Assembly: GCA_030324005.1 (NCBI GenBank) | Contig: JARDVH010000163.1 | Span: forward strand, 59,215,551 to 59,279,550 | Reading direction: 5' to 3' | Length of the DNA: 64,000 nt | From: Negaprion brevirostris | Taxonomy: Eukaryota | In this document: positions 52,197 through 64,000 of the stretch, piece after piece | Layout: each line of letters opens with the position of its first letter | How positions within the stretch are numbered: the stretch's first letter is position 1 | Notes under the pieces: generated by a model | What the model saw: only the letters and a program-made list of their open reading frames with translations | Databases searched by the model: none | What the model was told of the DNA's origin: nothing | Program-made: the position numbers and the translations under genes

Positions 52197-53578
52197 CTAG
52201 GGAAAGCATGAAGTGTCCAGAATAAGTGTATTATCTAAATAGCCAATGCACTAGTAAAGATGTGCACCATTTTTCTGTCCATCAGTCATGTCTGACTCCT
52301 TAGCAGACAAAGAACAAACATACATTTTGCCCATCCAAACATGCTAGGGATATGTGAATAACAGAACAATTAAACCCATTTATCAAAGCAATGCAAGCTT
52401 AATATTGTAACAAAGATTTTTTTTTAAATGTAGCAAAGTTTACAATGCAATACTGCTGAAAGAAAGACTACTTTGGAGGATTTTACATAACATTTGTTTA
52501 GCTATTCTGCATGATTTAAAACAGGACAATACTCCCAGGTGGGTGGAATTCAATTTGCCTTTACACTGTGCACTCCTGTTGAGTATCAAACATCATTTGT
52601 AACTAGAAATATTTTGAGGACCTGGGTCCCAAACAAAGAGAGGCAGTTAGAGTGAAAGTCAGGAAGTGGAACAAAACCTGAAGAAAAAAGGCAGAGAGAG
52701 TGTGTCAACAGTTAAAGGAAACCACTTGAGAAGCAAACTTGATATTTTAGCATCATGTAAACACAGAAGGAACACACTAAATTTCTTTGGCTTGCACCAT
52801 CATTGAAAATTGAGTTAGGAACTGGGGACATTAAGAGGATCTGCTCCTTATGCTCTATGGGTAATGTCGTTTGGTAAAACTGAGATGACATAAGATTCTG
52901 AAATGGAGGTACAAATCAGGATTCCTCCAGCTGGTACGTTTAGTGACAATGTAAATACCTTTGTGAAAATTTCCCGTCTGATGTTTAAAGTCAGGCTTTA
53001 AACTCGTTCTGAAAGAACATACTCATATTTTCAATAGGAAATACAAACAGGAGGAAATTTCCACCAACAGAAATTCATTCTCCCATGATGAGTTATACCT
53101 CCATGTATCCTGTACTAAAATGATACCAACACAGTGTTCACAGTTGCTAATGGAAAAGACAGCAATGAAGATCTCAAGCCTGGGTTTCATTGGATGTCAA
53201 CAACAGGAGAACCTCCCTCATTTGCTCCAAGTCAAATAATTGATCATTGAATTGGTTAATTTAAATGGAATCCTTTTGAGAGCTGTGCATTATTTGCACA
53301 TTTTCTTCATGTCACTTCCTCTTATTTATCTCCAATCTTCTATCCTACTTTTGAAATCCAATGAAACTCCGAATAGCCTTGGAAAGATGATGCAATGCCA
53401 AGGTGACCCAGTCAATCAGAACTGCAGGGTCACCCAAGAAATGAAGATAATGTAGAACACGAATGATTGAAAAGACAGTTTGTGAAGCACCCAAGACACA
53501 CAGCTACAAGAAGAAGGCTGAAGAGCCATGAGAGGCAGCAGCTCGCAACACTTCAGAGGGCTTGTTGCGTTATCTTAC

Positions 53579-53908
53579 TTCATTGCAAACCTCAGAGTTG
53601 GTCCTGCCATGCCCCGCTCTGCTGTTCTCAAGCTCTTCAACCAACTTTCTCCGTCTGGTCCTTGCTTCTTCCACCAATAATTCATCCGAGCTGCAACGTT
53701 TGTAAGGCTGTAAAGATATCTCTTCTGTTTCATCTTCACTGTCTAGTTTACATTTCCCTTCAGGTTCAGTGCGATCAAATAACCAGGCCACTTGCCCAAG
53801 GTCTGAGAACGGTCGCTGGCGTAGATGATTCTGGTGGTGGTTTCGCAGGACAGTTGACACAGTGGAGTTCCTCTCCTGTGCCGTCTGGGTTGGATGCTTA
53901 CTTACTTC
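53579..53908 (-). CDS. ARHGEF4: Asef-family internal exon (330 nt, phase 0-0): EVSKHPTQ...LRQRPFSDLGQVAW...SSDELLVEEARTRRRKL...SEVCNE
   Basis: Acceptor ccacacag|GAA and donor AATGAA|gtaaga. In frame with the upstream exon. RQRPFSDLGQ matches the family motif RPRPFSDYGQ, and SDELLVEEARTRRRKL resembles ARHGEF4 VDDLWLEKTQRKKL. Confidence 0.85.
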
Positions 53909-54231
53909 CTGTGTGGCAGTGCCAGGTAGAGAAATGTTTCAGATTCAAACAATAAAGGAATGAAAACGAACACGTGTGTCATTTTGATGAAACATGCGTT
54001 AACTGATGGAATAATAAAATTCCATTTAGTCGATTGGTAATACAGATCTTGAGGGTTGCTGAATAAAAGTGACATGTCAAAGCTTTTCATCCTGCATTCA
54101 CCAGAATGCCACAACAATACCAGTAAAAGGAAAGAGGCAACAATTTATATTACATTCTCTCACTATACAGCATTCTCTTCTCATACAGTACAAGTTACTT
54201 TCTCCTTATACTGGTATTGTTACACTGGGTC

Positions 54232-54262
54232 CTGATGAGTGCAAGACAAAAAGCTTCAACAA
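54232..54262 (+). ncRNA. Degenerate hammerhead motif of a second Penelope family
   Basis: CUGAUGA-GU(GCAAG)AC-aAAA-AGCUUC. A related, more decayed motif lies on the minus strand at ~48510-48545. Confidence 0.5.
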
Positions 54263-55244
54263 TACTAATGTTTTATATATCATAGAGCAGTATTAGTGCT
54301 AACCAGTACAGCAGACTTGTTACCCATCTTCATAAGGTGTTCTCAGGCAATTAAAACAATCCAATGGCTTTGGGGGCAGGTGTTTCTGGTTTGTAAGATA
54401 GTTGGGATAATCTCTCCTATTCCTTCTGCTTCCTTCCCCATCTCTCCCCCAATACATGGCAAACTGATTGAAATATATGCTCCAGGGCATTTTCATCTCA
54501 GGGATGATGGTTCAGCAGTATATTAAAACATAATGTTTTGGGATGTGGGAAGCATTTTATGAGTGAAACCACAGTTCTCAAACTAACATTGTATTTTTAT
54601 ATGTTATATATATAATATTCTGTAATACTTTATAAATCTTGAACTTTACAAGGTGGTTACATTTTAAAATGTTTCTTTTCGTTTAAGATTAGAGTCTCCT
54701 GAACAAGCATGGTGATCATACCAAACTACCTTGAGACAGAGTCAAGTGATCTGTAAGCAAACCTATTGAAGATCATTTGACAAATTTCACACCTCGGCAC
54801 AACAGAGGGACAACTGGTTTTCTGGGCATGGAAACACAGAACAGAGGGAGGAAGAAAGAAATTCTGTCGTGTAAAGCAGAGGAAAAGAGTGTTTTGTGTT
54901 AGCCACCAAGCAAGATGCTGATGAGAACTGGTTTTCTCTTCAAAGAGATGGGATTTGTGGATATTTAAGGACCAAGGAGTCAGTGGAGTGTGTCAGTTTG
55001 CGATACTCGGAAAACTGACTGGAATGACTTGCAGATGGTAGGTGTTTTAAATCATGAGATTTTGTCCTGTGATTTCTTACAATCAACTTCTTAAATGTTA
55101 TTAGTCTCTATGAGGTTGTAAGAAACAGTTCTGATTTCAGACAACTTTAGTTCGGCTACAGGGTAGGAAGTGGAATATGATAGTATGCAAATTGTAGTGG
55201 CAAGCATCCCCCTTGGGAGGGCAAAACTTTATAGAAGTTAATAC

Positions 55245-55975
55245 AAGCAAATACTGCAGACACTGGAAGCTTGATATAACAGGAAAGGCTAGAAAATCCC
55301 TGCAAGTCAGGCAGCATCTGTGGAGACAGGAACAGAGTAATGTTTCAAGTTTGGATGACTCTTCAGAACTAAAGAGGAGAAATGAGATGGATTTTATACT
55401 GTCTGGGCGGGGGGGGGGGCTTGCAGGAAAAGTAAATGAAAAAGAGAAGTAAGGGATTGCAGGAAAAGTAAAAGAAAAAGAGGGGGTGAAGCAGGTGAAG
55501 CAAAGAAGAAGGCGAGAGATAGGTGGAAGTTCAGGAGAGATTGACAAAGGGAATGTTAATGGTAGAGATAAAAAACAAAAAAGGAGCTGATACTGGCAAA
55601 AAGGTAAGATGACAAAATGTGTTAATAGCAGAACAAGTGTCGGTGCACTATGAAGCAAAACTTAAGATCAAGTGACATATGGCCCTGTGCAGGAGTGATG
55701 GATGGCAGGGACAAAAAAATGGATTTAAAAAGGGGTCAAGAAGGAGAAGAGTGTTTATGATCTGAAATTGTCGATCTCAATGTTGAGTCTAGAAGTGCCT
55801 CGTCGGATGGTGATGTGCTGTTCCTCCTGTTTATGTCAGGCTTCACTGGAACACTGCAGAAGGCCAAGGATGGATATGTAGGGATGACAGCAAGATGGTG
55901 AATTGAAATATCAAGCAATATTAAGGTCAGGGTCATGCTTGTGGAATGAGTGTAGGTCTTTCCCAAAGCGGTCAA
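55245..55975 (-). mobile_element. Penelope-like element 3' end (third family) with a decayed hammerhead
   Basis: Minus-strand remnant LQCSSEA*HKQEEQHITIRRGTSRLNIEIDNFR, then a pyrimidine-rich 3' region and a terminus with ctgaagagtc...gaaac and gatgctgcctgacttgc. Confidence 0.7.
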
Positions 55976-56261
55976 CCAAACATAAACTGACTGATTGCCT
56001 GGGCTGAAATGGATGTGATTGATGTTGCTCTATTGTGCTGATTTTAGGTTGAAGAGAGGGATTTTTAGGTTGGGTCGACTTCAGCTACACTGTTTATTGT
56101 GGATTGGTGGAGATGGGTGAATTTTACTTCACGTATACGGTATGGTCAATCAGAAGCAGCACTGACTCTGATTGGAGACAACGAAAACCGTGAGGGGCAG
56201 TTGTGGAAGCCAATTCATTTCTGCACCTCCCGGTCATGTTACTTTGGTGTGGTTTGAAAGG

Positions 56262-57605
56262 GAACCAAGTTTAACCAATTTACTAGCGTTCTTTGAGGAA
56301 GTAACATGTGCTGTGGATAAAGCGGAATCAGCGGATATACTGTACTTAGATTTTCAGAAGGTATTTAATAAGGTGCCACTTTGAAGGTTATTGCAGAAAA
56401 TAAAAGTTTGTGGTGTAGGGCATAACATTGGCATGGATAGAAGGAAGATTGGTTAGTTAGCGGGAAACAGAATAGGCATAAAATGGATCTGGTTGGCAAA
56501 ATGTAACAAGTAATCTGCCACACAGTTGAGGCTGGGGCCTCAACTTTTACAATTTATATAAATGATTTGGGTGAAGAGATGGAAGGTATGGTTGCTAAAT
56601 TTGCTGATAATACAAAGATAGGTCAGAAAGTTTGTTGTGAAGAAGACATAAGGAGGCTATAAAGAGACACAGACAGGTTAAATGAGTGGGCAAAGGCCTG
56701 GAAAATGAAATACAATGTGGGAAAATATGGCAGGAAGAATAACAAAAAAAGCTTATTATCTAAATGGTGAGATATCGCAGAGCTCTGAGGTGCAAAGGGA
56801 TTTGGGTATCCTAGTGTATGAATTGCACACGGTTAGTATGCGTTAACAAGGGGTGAAAGGTTATTGGGAGTAGATACTTTATTGAATGGCGGAGCAAGCT
56901 CAAGGGGCCAAGTGGCGTACTCTTGCTCTTAATTCGTATGTATGCTCGTACATATATGCAGGCACAACAAGTAATTAGAAAAGCTAATAGAATGTTGATG
57001 TTTATTGCAAGGGTAATTGAATACAAAAGTAGGGAGATTATGCTTCAGTCATACAGGACATCAAAATGCTGTATGCAATATACATCTCCTTATTTAAGAA
57101 AGAATGTTACTGTGTTGGCCGCAATTCAGAGAAAGTTTACTGAACTAATACCTGGAAAAGCCAAGTTGTATTATGGGGAAAGATTAGACAGGCCAGGCTC
57201 ACATCCATTGGTGGTTAGAAGAGAAAGAGGCAACTTAATTGAAATGTATAAGATCCCGAGGGGTCTTGACTAGATAGATGTGGAGAGGATGCTTCCTCTT
57301 GTGGAAGAATCTAGAACTAGGGGCCACTGTTTAAAAATAAGTGGTTGCTCATTTAAGATAGAGATGAGGAGCTTCTGAGGGCCACAAGCCTTTGGATTGC
57401 TCTCCCTCAGAAGGCAATGAAAGTGGAATCTTTGAACATTTTAAAGGCAGAGATAGATTTGTGATAAACAAGGCGGTGAAAGGTTATCAGGATAGGCAGG
57501 GACATGGGGTTGAGGTTACAATCAGATCAGCCATGATCTTATTGAATGGTGGAGCAGTCTTGAAGGGCCGAGTGGCCTGCTCCTGTGCCTAATTTGTATG
57601 TTTGT
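56262..57605 (+). mobile_element. CR1 LINE ORF2 reverse transcriptase C-terminal half plus 3'UTR (decayed)
   Basis: LTNLLAFFEEVT..VDK..DILYLDFQKVFNKVP, FTIYINDL, KFADNTK, QVIRKANRML, PYLRK, ERGNLIEMYKI. Confidence 0.9.
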
Positions 57606-58935
57606 GTGTTGATAGTGCCTCATCAGTAGCCCTTATGACCTGAAGACATGGCATTATTTATTTTGTACTAAACAGAATTGGAGACTGGTATATTGGGAAA
57701 CATTTGCTCCTCGGCGAAGGTACTGGGCGGCGGGGGGGTATTGCAAAATAATAGGAACATAGTAGACGAGACTGTCCATCATGCCTGCCTTGCCATTCAA
57801 TATGATCAGGGCTGAGATTCTACACTTTTGCTTCCAATCCTTAAAGCTGGTGTCAAGGAACTTAGTTCTGGCAGCAATTGAGGATGATATGTTGGCTCCA
57901 AAATCTAAAAAGGGNNNNNNNNNNNNNNNNNNNNGGTAGTTATGACATATTCATGTTGTATGGTTCATTTATATAATTGCTGGGACTAGAGAAGTAGCAT
58001 TTTATACACACTAACTACCCTGCAACTCCCCAGTCAGCAAGTGAGTAAAAGGACAACTTTCTCAGACTTAGCCCATTAGATATCACAATATTTAACATCG
58101 CCCTGTCAGATTTCCAGTCCTTTTAAATAGATGACTCTAATTAACAGTCATTATGGTGGTTACTGGAAGAGGACAAACTGCACACTCCAACTCTGTTATG
58201 TAGACTGTCCCCCTGTAGTCATGCTTATGTAAAAGCAGAAGTCTCCCTTCAAAAAAAAATCAATAACCAGGTTGGCCCAAGTTGTTGATGGAGGTTTAGG
58301 AATAGGCTTTATGTAATAGCCACCACTGGCCAGTAGATGGTAGATTCACCATTTCAAAACAAAATATCATCCACATTTGTTTTTAATACTGTTTATCCTT
58401 GCACTTTGCAATAAATGCTTTAAAAAGGCAGCTAATTGTTATGACACGTTGGGTAACTCAGCAGTTTGGGTGTTGGTGATCACCTGCCTCAAGATGACTT
58501 GAGGTTCAGCAAAATAAGCTCCACATATTTTGGTTGATATTGGCTAATTCCTAATGGCTAGCATCAATCCAGATCAAACAGAAATGTGATTGTGAAGTTG
58601 TCCCCATTCAAGTTTTCTCAGTGATTACAATTAAATTTTAGTTAAATTTATTTTGCTCTTCTCTGTAAAAGAATTCTTGCAATTTCCAGGACCAGAATCA
58701 CACAAACTTATNNNNNNNNNNGGTTTATACTCTCTCTCAATTTATTCTAAAAGTTTATATTAATAAATCCACATCATTGCTTTGTAGTGATGCACCTCTT
58801 TTAATATGGTGTTTTGTCAATCATTCATGAGCTTGCAGTTAATAAGAATATACATAGAGGAACGGCGATCATTATAGTGGTCAGAAAGCTGACCTTAAAT
58901 CTGCAGCTTTATACAATACCTCCCAAACTACTCAC

Positions 58936-61900
58936 CTCATCTTTGGGAATATCAATGGCTGAGGAAGTTGTATTTAAACTTGTCTGTGACTGACTACTAA
59001 TGCCACTGTCTTCTTTCTGACATTCATAATTCAGTGATTGCGCTGATTGAAGAAGATTTCCTCTCGGTTTCATTGCTGTTGGCCTTTCAGGTCCTTCTAA
59101 CACTCCATCCATTGTCCTGCTGGAGTCAAGGGAAGTCCAGGATGATGTACTAGCCCGATTGCTGCAGCGGAAGCTTCTGCGAAAACTTGACCTTGGACTT
59201 TGTGGTTTAGGACTCATTGGCCTCGCAGGGAAAGTGGCATCAAAGCACTCTGAGATCACACCAGGTCTATTCCATGTTGGGCTTAACTGACTCAATAAGA
59301 CATTTGGGATGGATTGATTGGGTGTGGTTTTGAAACCATCTTCAGTTTCTAGGCAACTGTCAAATGCCAATTTAAGTTGTAACCCATTTGGTGATGTCCT
59401 TCTAACCCTCTGCCCCACCAGCTTCATGGAGTCATCTTGCTCAAGAGAGCTATCGGAAAGCTGGTCTTTTCTTGCTGTCTGAGGAGAGGAGGGTGATGAT
59501 GAAAAAGGGGTATTTTCTATCTGCTCCATGGAGATCCTTCTTGCATATTCACTGTGCACCTGAGACTGTGATCTTACAGCTTGACTTTCTTCACCAGGTG
59601 TACTTGAAGTGCTCAATGGACTCGATGCCTTGGGGGATTCGGATTCACTCAGCTTCATAAATTTTCTCCAAGACAAATGCCTCGATTTCCCCTCATCGCC
59701 ATCATTTTTCTTATAAGATTTAGAATTTTGATCTCTGTCCCCAGATTTTGTTTCAAAAAACACCGAAAGTGACTTATTGGCAAAAACCCGTTTCATTCTA
59801 AGATTAAGGCTGTCGGCACTTTTGCTTTTTTTGCACCTGTTTTCTGTCGCAGAAGGTATTTTGATGTTTTGCTCCTCAGCGTTACTCTCATCACCTTCCA
59901 TGGAGTCTGTGCTCCTGCTATGGAAATGTTGGCCATTTTCTGCCACTCTCTGAACCTCTTCCATGTATTCTGCCTCCTGTAGTCTCTCGGTGCCAAATGC
60001 ATTTTTCACACTTTCACCCATTAGGCTACTCCTTTCAAAAACCTCATCCTCATCATCCGACCCATCTAAAGTAGAGCATTCACTCTTGCTGTTACTCCTG
60101 AAATGATAAGATAGGTGAGGTTTATAAGTAGGGCCATGCATTTTGTACACTGGAACACCATTTGTGTTGTCCTTTGTTTGCGTTTTACTCTCATCTCCAT
60201 CTCGGGCCAGTTGACCTCGATTTCCACCCTTGCTTTCAGTTTGACGCTCTTGTATTGAGGCTTTGCCTTTCCTGAATGATGCCATTTTGGTGAAAACTGA
60301 AAATTTGGAGTTTTTGAAAGATGCGCTGAAAGAGTTCAGTGAGGATAAAGACCCAAATCGGTCGTCTCCTTTAGTGTTGGTCTGTTTCTGCAGAGCTTTG
60401 TGAAGACTGCTATTGCTTCCAAATGGGCAAATATTTTCATCTATTTCCTCACTGGTTGTACTGTTACCATCAGTATCATAAACAGTTTGAGCAATATCAT
60501 TGGATTCGGCATCTAGTTTTATTGTCCCTTGGCTTCCACTTCCACTTCTGTATGGATGTTCATCCAGGTTGTCATCATAATTTAACCTATCATTACTCTC
60601 ACCATGCAAAGTACCTGCCTCTGCTGGAAGAGCCATGTGCTGTTGATCTAGATGTGTGTTTGAAATTCCAGTGTCTTCTAACTCTGTCTCTAAAGGAAGG
60701 TCACTTGTCGTTGATCCTACATCACTAATACAGAAGTGATTATTTTCCGTACCATTTTTAGGTGCTGTATTATAATCCCTTGATGCCTCAATCAGAAAGA
60801 ATGTTGGCACTAATTCGACATCAATTGTAGATTCTTTTCTATTTGTTTCTGTTCTGCTCAATTGTTGAGAAGTGCTATCACAGGATTCTGATAATGCTTC
60901 AATGGAAATGTCTCTTTGCTCAGAATCTGAAACAAGACAGGCCCCGCCTGTTTCTACATTAGTTTGAGAAGGGAGCTCACTTGTTTCTCCTTCTTCTTTA
61001 CAAGCATTCCTTAAGTTTTGTTCTGTAGTTTCTTTGAATGGAGAACACAATTTATTTGTTTCTGAACTTGTTCCAGTGTAATGTTTAAAAGATTGTTTAA
61101 TCAGCCCAAGCGGACAATCATTTTCCTGTCTGAAGAGCTTAATAGAGTTTTCCCGCTTGGCACTTGAGTCCTCGGGAGAGATTTCGCTTACTTCTACTGT
61201 TGTATCAACTAGCAGCTCAGTTATTGGCTCAGAAATGCAGCCCTCAACAACACCATCTGAACTTGTGTCAAAACAACTCCTTGTGTTAGCTGAAGTTGTG
61301 TTTGCTTCACTGTGTTTTCTACGATCTAGTTCATGTAGCTGTACTGCTAAACTTCCGGCCTCTAGTGCAATGTGTGATGAGCTGTTATGTAGGCCTGATG
61401 CTTCAATATTCGTCTGACTTGGCTCAAAATCTCTGTCAAGAAATTTCCCATGTTCTCCGGTTTCTGTTAATGGTAAGGTTGTGATTTCCTCTTGCTTATC
61501 CTTAACAAAACCTTCTTGTGCTTGATTCTTTGGAAAACTCTGACTGATCTTTATCTCTCCCTCCTGAAAATCTGCAGTATGTTTTTCTGCAGAATTTATG
61601 TCTTGTGCCCTTGCAAGTATTTGCTCACTTGTTCCTGATCCTATCTGAAGAGAAACTCCCACTGTTCCTTCAAAACTGGTTTCAATAGGAAAATTGGCCG
61701 ATTCCAGTTCCACTCCAGCGATGTTGTTTTGTATGTTTTCGACAACGTCAGAATCACGTGAAATTTCCTCAGTCTCCGACCTCTCTGTGAGTGTTTCACA
61801 AGTTATTTCAACACAATCTAGTTCTGTCTCAAATGAATTATGAGGAGCCTCGGTGTTTCCTTCACCAATATGGTCACTTATGCCTCCACTTACTTCTGCA

Positions 61901-64000
61901 GAAATTTCACTCAGGTCTTGATCTACTTCATGGCAAATCACAGTGGCAGTTGTCTCAATCTCAGTTATTTCACTGAAGTCTGTGTATCTGTTTGACTCCT
62001 GGAAAGCTCTAGTTAGCTCTACCTGGCTATCAACAATGAATCCAGATTGATCAGAGTTTTCTTCAAGAGTTCTCAATTCCACTTCAGAGTTTCCTACATT
62101 GATCTCATGTTGGGTAGAAACTACAAATGGTTCTAGGTTGGCTTCTGATGCAGGAGCACTTTGTTCTATCCTTGAGGCATCCCCTTCTAATTGGGAAGAA
62201 TTCTCTTCCTTTGAACTTATCAGAGCAAGAATATCATCTATTCCAGACCTTGTGTTAGGATAGCTCTCTAGGGGGTCTGGTTCTGTTTCAGTTTCAGCAG
62301 GAGTTTCAGTTAGATCCTGGTCTGTACCCAGGGGAAACCAGGCTAGCTCTGGATCTGAGAAAGTCCCAGTATGTCCCTCGTTTATCTCAGGACCAACTGC
62401 ATTGGGAAGCGACTTGGTTTCAAACGGAATCTCGCCTTGAGGTTGCTCTGTGTCCAGTGAAGTCCAAATTGGCTCCAATTTAAGTCCAGCAAAAATCTCA
62501 CTTGTTTCAGTGGAATCTGTTTTTAATTCAGGGGAAAATTGATTTTGATCGTGATTTGCATTCAGCAAAGCCCAAACTGACTCCGATAAAATTTCAGCCC
62601 TTGTCCCGACAGAATCCCTACTGGCATGTGTTTTAAGTTCAACGTGAATTTCACTTGTATCTTGATTTGTATCCGAAGAAAGACAGATTGGCTTAGATTC
62701 AAATCCACCATAAATCTCACTTGTCTTAGGTGCGGTCCTACTGGAATCTGCTTCTCTTTCAGTGGGAATTTCACTTTGATCCTGATAGGTGCCTGGAGGA
62801 GAAGAGCCGGTTGATTTTGTTCCAGCAGAAACCTCCGGTTTTTCAGGATCAAGTTCAGTGGGAGTTGATTGTACTTCAGAGAAAATTTCTTTTGGAATCT
62901 GGCTAGCGTCCAGAGAATTCCAGGAACATTCTAACTCTGCTATAATTCTATTTGAAATTTCACTCGTCTCAGTAAAAGTCTTAATGGATTCTAAAGCATC
63001 TTCAATAGAAATTTCATTTGGATCATGGTTGGCATCCAGAGAAGGACAGATTGGCTCTGATGTGAGGTTAGTAGAAATCTTAGTTAGTGGAGGACAAGGC
63101 TCAATTGGATTTGACACTCCTTCGAGAGGAATTTCACTTTGACACTGGTTCACTTCCTGAGAACTCCAGGTTGACTTTGATTCTGTTACACTTGCAGGAG
63201 GAATCTCATTTGTCCCAGGACAAGTTGCAGTGGAACCTTGATTTATTTCTGAAGGAATTTCACTAAAAACTTGGTCTCTGTTCAAGGACGTCCAGTCTGA
63301 CTCTGTCAGAGTGATTTCACTTGGGTCTGGTTTAATTCCATCAGACGTGTGATATATCCCAGGACAAATTGCGGCACACTCCAATTGTTTATCTAGGGAA
63401 ATCCTTTTTGGCTCTGCTGCTTCTGACGAAAGAACACTTGGCTCTATGTCAATGTCCAAAGGAATCTTACTTAGCAATGCTTTTGTTTCAGGCAAAATCT
63501 CAAACTGTTCTTCTGTGTGCAGAGAGTTCTCCTTTGAGTCCCATCTCAAGTCGGGACAACTGCTGCTTGCACGTGCTTCAAGAAGAGTAGTAGACAGAGT
63601 TTCTGACCAAGATGTAATTATACTGTGGCCTGTTTCAGCTTCAAAAGGACTACTACATTTTTCAGAATCTAATTCAGAAGGAAGTTCATTTGTCCTTGAT
63701 TTTGTCAGAAAAAATAATTCACTTGTCTCTGATTCTGTCTCAGAGGAAATGTCACTAGCTTCAGAAGATGCGTTGTGTGCAGGTTGACTAGTTCTCGAAG
63801 AATGAACACTTTGCTCAGAGGGTGTGCTGAGACAGCTGCTAAAGTTCACTTTGGATGTCTCTGCTAGAATGCCACTTATCTCTGGTTCCAGCCCTAGTGC
63901 AGTTTCATTTCCCTCTTGTGCCCTACAGGATGTGCCACGTGGCTTAGAATCATGACAAAAAACAGTGGTTTGAGTCCTTATCTGTGTTGTACATAGCTGT
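58936..64000 (-). CDS. ARHGEF4: Giant coding exon (>5 kb, continues past window end) of an Asef-family Rho guanine nucleotide exchange factor, long isoform
   Basis: Uninterrupted 1646-aa ORF whose frame stays open from 63849 to 63999. It ends at a canonical phase-0 donor GAT GAG|gtgagt (58936). C-terminal motifs match the Asef long-isoform N-terminus as I recall it: FSVFTKMASFRKGK, STLDGSDDEDEVFERS, KKSKSADSL, VHSEYARRIS, RPMSPKPQSP (SPATA13: ASFRKMGSFKKLK, GTLDGSDLEDTDDAFQRS, RRSKSTDNL, LHDDYSRRVS, RPTTPKPQSP). The very long acidic/Ser-rich exon favours ARHGEF4 over SPATA13; the paralog call is less certain than the family. Confidence 0.8.
62273..63310 (-). repeat. About 9 degenerate in-frame ~35-42 aa tandem repeats inside the giant exon
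   Basis: Recurring pattern E/P-x-W/C-x-S-L-D-x-N-Q/H-D-x-S-E-I-P-x-E ... T-S-E-I, e.g. SDWTSLNRDQVFSEIPSE, STWSSQEVNQCQSEIPLE, PICPSLDANHDPNEISIE, CSWNSLDASQIPKEIFSE, PICLSSDTNQDTSEIHVE, SVWALLNANHDQNQFSPE, PIWTSLDTEQPQGEIPFE, LAWFPLGTDQDLTETPAE. Confidence 0.75.

Noticed and set aside
53402-53435. Inverted ggtgaccc/gggtcacc nuclear-receptor half-sites
   Set aside because: Orientation and spacing do not fit an ERE, and such a match is expected by chance in 64 kb.
58909-58935. C-terminus VSSLGGIV* of the 1646-aa ORF
   Set aside because: Read-through past the gtgagt donor. The frame continues in the 53908 exon.
59472-63787. Plus-strand and alternative-frame ORFs overlapping the giant exon
   Set aside because: Antisense shadows of a long, compositionally biased coding exon, with no recognisable homology.

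Overview
Vertebrate genomic DNA from a gapped draft assembly, almost certainly a shark. The evidence is HE1/V-SINEs with CR1 tails, SacSINE1/DeuSINE, shark-type CR1 and Penelope families and Harbinger MITEs. Most of the window is intron of one minus-strand gene of the Asef RhoGEF family, best called ARHGEF4 with SPATA13 as the alternative. I can build a phase-consistent exon chain: a giant coding exon of >5 kb (58936 to beyond 64000), then 53579-53908, then 52061-52196. An alternative first coding exon lies at 38888-39053. The ABR/SH3/DH/PH exons were not found and probably lie left of the window. Two intact consecutive PNPLA6 (neuropathy target esterase) exons sit on the opposite strand at 6654-6731 and 7778-7983 with no flanking PNPLA6 exons, suggesting an assembly chimera or a transposed segment. 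Other points of interest are a cryptic ~40-aa repeat array in the giant exon, minimal hammerhead ribozymes in Penelope termini (one intact, with a fully covaried stem II), a possible 1-nt frameshift at the ancestral start of the alternative exon, and an RFX X-box upstream of a candidate further first exon. All homology calls come from recalled sequences, not database searches, and repeat boundaries are approximate.
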